From Fusobacteriota bacterium (GTDB taxonomy: Bacteria > Fusobacteriota > Fusobacteriia > Fusobacteriales > JBNJFI01), in assembly GCA_051746725.1 (NCBI GenBank), contig JBNJFI010000025.1, positions 1 to 25,798 of the forward strand: a DNA stretch of 25,798 nt, given 5' to 3'. Both the position numbers and the translations under genes were made by a program. The notes under the pieces were generated by a model, which saw nothing but the letters and a program-made list of their open reading frames with translations, was not told the DNA's origin and ran no database searches. Of this stretch, positions 19,532-25,798 are shown one piece after another; the first letter of the stretch is position 1; each line of letters begins with the position of its first letter.

Positions 19532-20248
19532 ATGAAAATTATTTTAGTATTTATTTTAATAAATATCTCTATTTTTGCATTATCACCACAAGAAATGGTG
19601 GAAAAGTCTGATGAGTATCGATCAACAGGAAATAGCTTTGAAATGGTCATGGAATTAAAATCTTATAAAAATAATGAACTTAAAGATTGGTCGAAGATGA
19701 GAGGATATATTAAAAATAAAGGTTCAATGATATTGTTTTTAGAACCTAAAAAAATGAAAAATCGTAAAATACTTACTGTAGAAAATAATATGTGGATTTT
19801 CTTTCCTAGAACAAGAAAACCAGTACGTATTATGCCAGCTCAAAGATTAATGGGTGAAGTTTCCAATGGAGATGTAGCCAGTGTAAGATATTCAGATGAC
19901 TATAAAGCAGAACTAATCGGGGAGACAGAAATTAAAGGTAAGAAATGTAGGGAATTATTGCTCCAGGCAAAGGAAAATGGAAAAACATATAAAAAAATTA
20001 AATATTGGGTAGAAAAGGAAACATTTATTCCAGTAAAAGCAGAATTTTTTGCAACCAGTGGTAAGCATTTGAAAACAGCCTTTTTTGACAAACTAGTTAA
20101 CTTTGAAAATAAAAAGATACTTTCAGAATTAAAAATTTATGATGCAGTCAAAAAAGATACGTATTCAATTATAAAATATAAAGAGATGAAAAATTCTAGT
20201 ATACCAGATAAATATTTTAATAAAGAATATTTAATTAGAATGAGGTGA
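19532..20248 (+). CDS. LolA-like periplasmic protein (outer membrane lipoprotein-sorting protein family)
   Basis: Signal peptide ending IFA; motifs MWIFFP..RKPVRI...QRLMG..SNGD, YKKIKYWV, AEFF..SGK.LKT, IPDKYFNKEYL. Confidence 0.82.
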   Translation: MKIILVFILINISIFALSPQEMVEKSDEYRSTGNSFEMVMELKSYKNNELKDWSKMRGYIKNKGSMILFLEPKKMKNRKILTVENNMWIFFPRTRKPVRIMPAQRLMGEVSNGDVASVRYSDDYKAELIGETEIKGKKCRELLLQAKENGKTYKKIKYWVEKETFIPVKAEFFATSGKHLKTAFFDKLVNFENKKILSELKIYDAVKKDTYSIIKYKEMKNSSIPDKYFNKEYLIRMR

Positions 20249-20252
20249 TAAT

Positions 20253-21494
20253 ATGTATAAATTAAATATATTAATTTTTTCAGTATTTTTTATGGCACAT
20301 TCTATATCTTATGCCATGGATAGTTATACGGACATTGGAGTTGATTTTAATATTGGTTATAATCAAAAAAGTTCACAATTAAATCCAAATAATATATTTG
20401 AATTTGAAGATGGATTTAGTACTAAAGAAAGCCTTTATTATAAAAAAAGCATATATAAAAATGATATTTCATTTGACATAGTGAATTTTCTAGAGTATTA
20501 TAACAATGAAGGTAAAATAAATAATAAAATTTTAGAACTATATGGGTCAACTGAATTATATGGAAACTTTTTTGATATTGGTAAGAAAAAATCCCCGATG
20601 GGGGTTTCAGTTTTTAAGAATATTTTGGACTCGGATAAAACTTTAAAAGAAAATGAAAGAGATCTAAAATATAAGGAAGGTAAAATACAGTTAAATTATG
20701 AAATATTTACTGATAAAGGTGTTTTAGGATTTACCTATTATCCCAAAACGAATTTTAATAAGAACACTGTAGAAAAACTTTCTTCCAATCAAAATGAAGA
20801 GTTTAAAGCTAGATTTACAGGTTATAAAGATAATTATGAATATGCAATCTTAGGTATAAAAAATAATGGTTATAAATTCGGAGGAAACTTAGCAACTAGA
20901 ATAAATAATAATCTTGAATTTTATGTCGAAGGCGCTTATTTAGAAAAAAATAATATATATGATATCAAAAAAGAAAATATAAACACTGATTTATTTAAAA
21001 TTATAGGATTAGAATCTAGCAAAAAAGATTCAATAAAATTAATAATTGGAAATAATATTTCAAGAGGTAAATTTTCATTTAGATCAGAATATTTTTATAA
21101 TAAAGATGGATTTAATAAGAATCAATGGGATAAGAGATTAAAAATTTTAGAGGAAACTAGAAGGGCATATGACAAAAAAGATATAAACTTAAATAAATCA
21201 AATTTAGGTGAAGGATTAAATATGATATCAAATAATGGAATTGGTAATTTAGGTAAACACTATTTTATGACCAGAGGATCAATGGATGAAATCTATAATA
21301 TGGATATTTCGGGAATTACCATATTAAACTTACAAGATTTAAGTGGAATGGTTATTTTTTCTGTTAATTATATAATGAAAGATATAATTAATTTAGAACT
21401 AGAACCTAGATTTAGTTTTGGAAATGAATATAGTGAATATAAATTAATGGGGGAAGATTATAATGTATCGTTAAATATAGGTTGGGATTATTAA
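20253..21494 (+). CDS. Putative outer membrane beta-barrel protein
   Basis: Signal peptide ending SYA; alternating aromatic/hydrophobic strands; C-terminal beta-signal-like YNVSLNIGWDY; follows the ABC and LolA-like genes. Confidence 0.65.
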   Translation: MYKLNILIFSVFFMAHSISYAMDSYTDIGVDFNIGYNQKSSQLNPNNIFEFEDGFSTKESLYYKKSIYKNDISFDIVNFLEYYNNEGKINNKILELYGSTELYGNFFDIGKKKSPMGVSVFKNILDSDKTLKENERDLKYKEGKIQLNYEIFTDKGVLGFTYYPKTNFNKNTVEKLSSNQNEEFKARFTGYKDNYEYAILGIKNNGYKFGGNLATRINNNLEFYVEGAYLEKNNIYDIKKENINTDLFKIIGLESSKKDSIKLIIGNNISRGKFSFRSEYFYNKDGFNKNQWDKRLKILEETRRAYDKKDINLNKSNLGEGLNMISNNGIGNLGKHYFMTRGSMDEIYNMDISGITILNLQDLSGMVIFSVNYIMKDIINLELEPRFSFGNEYSEYKLMGEDYNVSLNIGWDY

Positions 21495-21590
21495 TATTTT
21501 TAAAAATAATGAAATAAAAGTTCATGATTTTCTAATTAGATAAAATTTAAACTAATAGGTAGTTGCAAAACTAAAGAATAAAATTTTAGG

Positions 21591-21611
21591 TTATCCACAG
21601 AATTATCAACA
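21591..21611 (+). promoter_or_regulatory. Two tandem DnaA-box-like 9-mers inside the MITE
   Basis: Perfect TTATCCACA (21591-21599) and one-mismatch TTATCAACA (21603-21611), same orientation, 3-bp spacer. Confidence 0.55.
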
Positions 21612-21618
21612 ATTTAAA

Positions 21619-21764
21619 GCCCCCCTTCCTAGCCTTCCCCCTGGCAGGGGACGGGATAAGCAAGAAAGTAGCAAGGGTTTAAATAATTCAGATGTTTTCT
21701 AAAAATCAATTTTGAAAGGAAATAAAGATAGTCTCCCCTGCCAGGGGGAGATTTAGAGGGGGGC
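21619..21764. repeat. GC-rich REP/REPIN-like inverted doublet, copy 2
   Basis: Ends GCCCCCCT (21619-21626) / AGGGGGGC (21757-21764); perfect 16-bp inverted pair TCCCCCTGGCAGGGGA (21636-21651) / TCCCCTGCCAGGGGGA (21734-21749); about 80-bp AT-rich spacer; homologous to 7421-7501. Confidence 0.88.
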
Positions 21765-21856
21765 AGATCTTAAAAGTAAGTGTAATAAAAGCAATGAAAT
21801 ATAATGGTTAAAGTTTTGCAACTAGCTATAAATTTAAACTAAAGAAAGGAGAAAAG

Positions 21857-23233
21857 ATGAAATTAATAGTTTTAAACGGAAGTCCCAAGGGGCAAAAGAG
21901 TGTTACAATGCAGTATATTAATTTTTTAAAAAAGGTATATCCAAAAGTCGATTTTGAGATTTTAGATATTAGTCAAAATATCAAAAAAATAGAAAATGAC
22001 AAAGAGTATTTTGAAAATATTCTAGAATCAATTAGAAAATCTCAAGGGGTTATATGGGCGTATCCAGTGTATCACTTTTTAATACCAGCTCAGATGAAAA
22101 GATTTATTGAAATAATATTTGAAGAGGAAAAAGAGGAATGTTTTAAAGAAAAATATACAACGGTAATTAGTACTTCCATAAACTTTTTTGATACAACAGC
22201 CCAGGAATATATGAGTGGTATTACACAAGATTTAGAAATGAAATATATAAAGGGCTTTTTAGCTAACATGAATGATCTTTTGGAAGATGAGAAGAAAAAT
22301 ATTTTAAAGATATTTATGGAAGATTTTTTAAAAAGGATAAAATTCAAGACTTTAGTGACAAGAGATAAATATCCCATCAAATATAATGAATCTAAATATG
22401 AACCGGAACTTAAAAAAATACAATCTAAAAATGAGAAAAAAGATAAAAACATACTTTTAATTACCGATGTAACTGAAAAAGATAAAAATTTAGAAAATAT
22501 GGTAATAAAATTAAAAGAATCCTTAAGTATGAATATAAAAGAGATAAATTTAAATAATTATGATTTAAAAAATGGATGTTTGGGTTGTATTAAATGTGGA
22601 TATAATGGCCAATGTGTATATGATGATGAGATTTCAGATGTTTATACTAAGGATTTTAAATGGGCAGATGGACTTATTATAGCTGGAAAAATAAAAGACA
22701 GATACTTTTCTTCTACTATGAAAAAATTCTGGGATAGAAGTTTTGTAAATGGACATAGACCAATTTTAGCAGAAAAACAAACTTTATATTTAGTTTCTGG
22801 ACCGTTTAGACAGATACCAATTATAAAAGAGGAGATAAAAGCAAGATCTCAAGTTGGGAAAATAAATCTAGTAGATATAATATCAGATGATATGGGGGAT
22901 TCAAAATATTTAGATAAATTATTAGAAGAATCAGCTAAAAGATTTGAAAAATCAATATTAGATAATAAAAAAGAGTTACAAAACTTTTTTGGAGTAGCAG
23001 GCCATAAGATATTCAGAGATTTCATATATAAGTCTAGAGGAGTTTTCAAAAAAGATCATAAATATTACAAAAAAATAAAATATTATGATTTTCCTCAAAA
23101 GTCTAAATTATCAGTGATGCTATCTTCATTATTGGGAATTGGTTTAAATATACCGCAGTTTAGAGAGGAATTTCAAAAAAGGATTAAAGATGGAATGATA
23201 AGTAATCTAAAAAAAGAAGTAGAAAAATACTAA
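21857..23233 (+). CDS. NAD(P)H-dependent oxidoreductase with two flavodoxin-like domains (iron-sulfur flavoprotein-like)
   Basis: RBS AAGGAG; N-terminal LNGSPKG..S.T FMN-binding loop and PVY...IPAQMKRFIE; second domain with CxxCxxCx5C (CLGCIKCGYNGQC) and MKKFWDR. Confidence 0.85.
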   Translation: MKLIVLNGSPKGQKSVTMQYINFLKKVYPKVDFEILDISQNIKKIENDKEYFENILESIRKSQGVIWAYPVYHFLIPAQMKRFIEIIFEEEKEECFKEKYTTVISTSINFFDTTAQEYMSGITQDLEMKYIKGFLANMNDLLEDEKKNILKIFMEDFLKRIKFKTLVTRDKYPIKYNESKYEPELKKIQSKNEKKDKNILLITDVTEKDKNLENMVIKLKESLSMNIKEINLNNYDLKNGCLGCIKCGYNGQCVYDDEISDVYTKDFKWADGLIIAGKIKDRYFSSTMKKFWDRSFVNGHRPILAEKQTLYLVSGPFRQIPIIKEEIKARSQVGKINLVDIISDDMGDSKYLDKLLEESAKRFEKSILDNKKELQNFFGVAGHKIFRDFIYKSRGVFKKDHKYYKKIKYYDFPQKSKLSVMLSSLLGIGLNIPQFREEFQKRIKDGMISNLKKEVEKY

Positions 23234-23254
23234 AAAATTATGGAGGAGATGTTA

Positions 23255-24691
23255 ATGAAAAAGATATTAATGATTTTAGCTTTAAGTTTAAGTATTATTG
23301 GATGTAAGACGGCACCTGAAGTAAAAGAATCAGTAAAAAAAGAGAAGCAAGTGGAAGTTTTCAAAAAAGAGGTAGATGATTTTAAAGTTGATGTAGGAAT
23401 TCAGAGTGCAGTTTTAAGTTGGAAATTAGAAGAGAAAGAAAATGTAGATAAAATAGAGATATTAAGAAAACAATCATTTTCTAATAGATATAAAGTTGTT
23501 AAAGAATTAATGCCCAATGAAAATTCTGTTAAGCTTGAATTACCTGAATTTATGAAAATGGATGTTAAAGTAAGATTGATTTCCAAAAAAGGAGAAGTAA
23601 GTAGAGGAGTAGAAATGGAAGTAATAGCGGAATTAGAAAATGTTGTTTTGGATACTTATGAAGGAAGAAATATGCAGATTTTTTTACCAGATAGCTATTC
23701 AGAAAATTCGGACAAAAAATACCCTGTAATGTATATGCATGATGGACAAAATTTATTTACCTCAAAAACTGGTTCCTCTGTTCATTGGGATGTAAAAAAT
23801 ACAGTTAAAAGACTAATAAAAGAAGATAAAATTAATGATATAATAGTTGTTGGAATATATAATAGTTCAGATAGAGCAAAGGAATATGTTCCCTATGCAA
23901 CTGAAGATTGGGATACAGGTGGCGCAGCTGAATATTCTGAATTTATAATAGATGAAATAATACCATATGTAGAATCAAAATATAGAATTAAAAGTAATAG
24001 AGAAAATAGAGGTATTATGGGATCTTCTTTTGGTGGAATATCGGCATTATGGATGGGTTTAAATTATAGTGATACTTTTTCTATGGTTGGAGCATTTTCA
24101 CCATCTATATGGACTGGAAATCATCAAATTTTAAAAGAAATAGAAAAGAAAGATATTAAAATATGGTTAGATACAGGAGAATTTGAATTTGATCCTGCAA
24201 TAAGAAATTTAATAGATATAATGGAAGAAAAAGGATATGAATATGGAGATGATTTTGTTTATTATGAACATATAGGTGCTTATCATAATGAAGAAGCTTG
24301 GGCCGAGAGATATGAAGATGCTATTTTATTTTTACAAGGAGATGAAAATCCAAAATTAAAAGATATTGATTTGCAAATAATAGGAGTTAGAGATATGAAT
24401 AGCGATGAGGTCATTGGAAAAGTGGTCAATACAGTAGCTGAATTTGAAAATGGATTAAATTATTCGTTAATGAATCTAGTTGATTATGAAGTATCTCCAA
24501 AAGATATTTTAGTAGAAACGGAAACTGTCAGAAATGAAGTATATAAAAAGATGAATAAAATAAATTCAGAAATTAAGCCACTTCACATACCTAGAGGATT
24601 AATATTAGAAGAAAATACCAAAGGAGATAAAATAAAAATAAAAGCAAGTTATATGGGAAAATCTGAAGAAGTTATCATGGAAAAGAATTAA
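23255..24691 (+). CDS. Lipoprotein alpha/beta-hydrolase (esterase) with an N-terminal FN3-like domain
   Basis: ATG 23255 after GGAGGA; signal peptide II MKKILMILALSLSIIG-C; esterase motifs YPVMYMHDGQNLF, GSSFGG, WLDTG, HNEEAW; beta-rich N-terminal region with AVLSWK. Confidence 0.85.
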   Translation: MKKILMILALSLSIIGCKTAPEVKESVKKEKQVEVFKKEVDDFKVDVGIQSAVLSWKLEEKENVDKIEILRKQSFSNRYKVVKELMPNENSVKLELPEFMKMDVKVRLISKKGEVSRGVEMEVIAELENVVLDTYEGRNMQIFLPDSYSENSDKKYPVMYMHDGQNLFTSKTGSSVHWDVKNTVKRLIKEDKINDIIVVGIYNSSDRAKEYVPYATEDWDTGGAAEYSEFIIDEIIPYVESKYRIKSNRENRGIMGSSFGGISALWMGLNYSDTFSMVGAFSPSIWTGNHQILKEIEKKDIKIWLDTGEFEFDPAIRNLIDIMEEKGYEYGDDFVYYEHIGAYHNEEAWAERYEDAILFLQGDENPKLKDIDLQIIGVRDMNSDEVIGKVVNTVAEFENGLNYSLMNLVDYEVSPKDILVETETVRNEVYKKMNKINSEIKPLHIPRGLILEENTKGDKIKIKASYMGKSEEVIMEKN

Positions 24692-24736
24692 AAAATTAAA
24701 AAAATACGGATATATCCTAAACAAATATAAATTTAA

Positions 24737-24766
24737 TTGGATTTTTAAAAGATTATGTTATATAAT
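24737..24766 (+). promoter_or_regulatory. Putative sigma70 promoter for the LytTR gene pair
   Basis: TTGGAT (24737-24742)-18 bp-TATAAT (24761-24766); RBS GGGAGGA precedes ATG 24812. Confidence 0.5.
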
Positions 24767-24811
24767 TAAAATAGAATTTAATAACTTAATCATAAACAGG
24801 GAGGATAAACC

Positions 24812-25366
24812 ATGGATATATCCTTAATTTGCAAAAAAGGAATGAAAAAAGGAATAGAACAAATACTAATTTCAAAGGGTTTTTCTATAGAAGAAAAGGC
24901 AGAAATAGCTTTAGTTGAAAAGGGAATGGAAGATGAATTAGATAGAAATACTTTTATATGCTTTGATTCTAAAGATCTAAATTCATTGATGAGTTTTCTA
25001 GATATTTTAGATAATCAAAATGATGAGTTGAAAGATTTTATTGCTGCCAAAAAAGATGAAAAATTCGAACTTTTTCCATTGGATAAAATTCAATTTTTTG
25101 AAGCAGATAATAACTATGTTTATTGTGTAATCGAAGGAGATAAAAAGCCTTACCGCGTTAAGGAAAAATTATATGAATTAGAAGAGAAGTTAGATTCAAA
25201 AAAGTTTAGAAGAGTGAGTAAGTCAAATATTGTAAATGTAATTAATATTAAGCAAATCGTACCTTGGTTTTCAAGCAAATTATTATTAAAGTTTAAGGGA
25301 AGTAAAAGAAATATAGAAGTGACAAGAAGCTATGCTAAAAAATTTAAAGATTATTTAGGGATGTGA
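24812..25366 (+). CDS. LytTR-family DNA-binding regulator without a canonical receiver domain
   Basis: C-terminal LytTR motifs IQFFEA, KLYELEEKL, FRRVSKSNIVN, IEVTRSY.KKFK..LGM; N-terminal ~70 aa is too short for a receiver and lacks its DD/D/KP pattern. Confidence 0.92.
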   Translation: MDISLICKKGMKKGIEQILISKGFSIEEKAEIALVEKGMEDELDRNTFICFDSKDLNSLMSFLDILDNQNDELKDFIAAKKDEKFELFPLDKIQFFEADNNYVYCVIEGDKKPYRVKEKLYELEEKLDSKKFRRVSKSNIVNVINIKQIVPWFSSKLLLKFKGSKRNIEVTRSYAKKFKDYLGM

Positions 25367-25373
25367 GGTAAAT

Positions 25374-25798
25374 ATGAAAAAACTTAAAAGTTTCGTATTA
25401 GATATATTTGCATCAGCTTTAATAGGTATCTTCGTTGGTGGATCATATTTAATGGTTATTTTAGGGAAATATATTGGGTATAAAAATGTTTTAATATCTT
25501 TAGGGTTAAGTGCTTTAATAGGTATTATAATAGGTTTAACAGCTAGTTTTGTATTTAAATTAGTAAGATATAATATAATTAAAAATATGAAAATAGCTTA
25601 TATTTTAGAAATATTAGTTGTTATGGTGATGACAGGAATAGCTAGTTATTTTATGAATGTACATGAACTTAAATTTATAATAGGGATGACATTAATTGCT
25701 TGTACTCTAGCTTTTTTCTTTACTTTATATCAAGACGTTAATGAAAAGAAGACTAATAAAAAGTTAAAGGATATTCAGGAGGAGCTCAAAAAAGGGGA
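25374..25798 (+). CDS. 4-TM membrane protein, DUF3021-like LytTR partner (partial, runs off window end)
   Basis: Not in the ORF track. ATG 25374 after GAGGT, 7 bp past the LytTR stop; open to window end: MKKLKSFVLDIFASALIGIFVGG...TLAFFFTLYQDVNEKKTNKKLKDIQEELKKG; four hydrophobic segments and a charged N.KL..Q tail. Confidence 0.8.
   Translation, partial: MKKLKSFVLDIFASALIGIFVGGSYLMVILGKYIGYKNVLISLGLSALIGIIIGLTASFVFKLVRYNIIKNMKIAYILEILVVMVMTGIASYFMNVHELKFIIGMTLIACTLAFFFTLYQDVNEKKTNKKLKDIQEELKKG

Larger units (their letters stand above)
21555..21829. mobile_element. Non-autonomous MITE-like element, 275 bp
   Basis: TIRs ATAGGTAGTTGCAAAACT (21555-21572) and AGTTTTGCAACTAGCTAT (21812-21829), 17/18 match, directly flanked by the exact 12-bp direct repeat AAATTTAAACTA (21543-21554, 21830-21841); no transposase ORF. 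Confidence 0.85.

Noticed and set aside
7421..21764. CRISPR array, tRNA or rRNA explanation for the GC-rich islands
   Set aside because: Only two dispersed inverted doublets; no regular repeat-spacer array, cas genes, cloverleaf or rRNA motifs.
21800..21805. Outward-facing promoter in the MITE right end (TATAAT)
   Set aside because: No credible -35 or correctly placed extended -10; lone TATAAT hexamers are common at this AT content.
21495..21856. Replication origin (oriC)
   Set aside because: Only two DnaA boxes, both inside a TIR-bounded insertion, and no dnaA, dnaN, gidA or rep genes nearby.
1741..23586. Short ORFs overlapping the main genes (e.g. 1741-1986, 3969-4151, 5011-5223, 6784-6993, 10625-10822, 11380-11589, 12115-12441, 14601-14786, 14901-15182, 15753-15998, 18960-19157, 19900-20091, 22090-22452, 22849-23049, 23401-23586)
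   Set aside because: Antisense shadows of well-supported genes, with no recognisable motifs.

Overview
AT-rich bacterial chromosomal window from what appears to be a diderm (it encodes Omp85-like, LolA-like and beta-barrel proteins); the taxon cannot be assigned from this window. The left part (1-10.8 kb) is a sensory cluster: the 3' end of cheW, two paralogous chemoreceptors, an SBP-PAS hybrid kinase, a membrane-anchored CheA-like kinase lacking the P5/CheW domain, and cheY. The middle holds an SLC13/TrkA-C permease divergent from DUF202, patatin and MBL-fold genes. The right part (15.7-25.8 kb) is a co-oriented cluster encoding a possible trans-envelope system (single-POTRA Omp85-like protein, secreted TPR-like protein, LolD/LolCE-like ABC transporter, LolA-like protein, beta-barrel), then an Fe-S flavoprotein, a lipoprotein esterase and a LytTR regulator with a 4-TM partner. 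The cluster promoter carries phased LytTR-type direct repeats. The most notable non-coding DNA is two copies of a GC-rich REP-like doublet (7421-7501, 21619-21764). The second copy is nested in a 275-bp MITE-like element with 18-bp TIRs, a 12-bp target duplication and two tandem DnaA boxes. All calls come from motif reading; no database searches were run.
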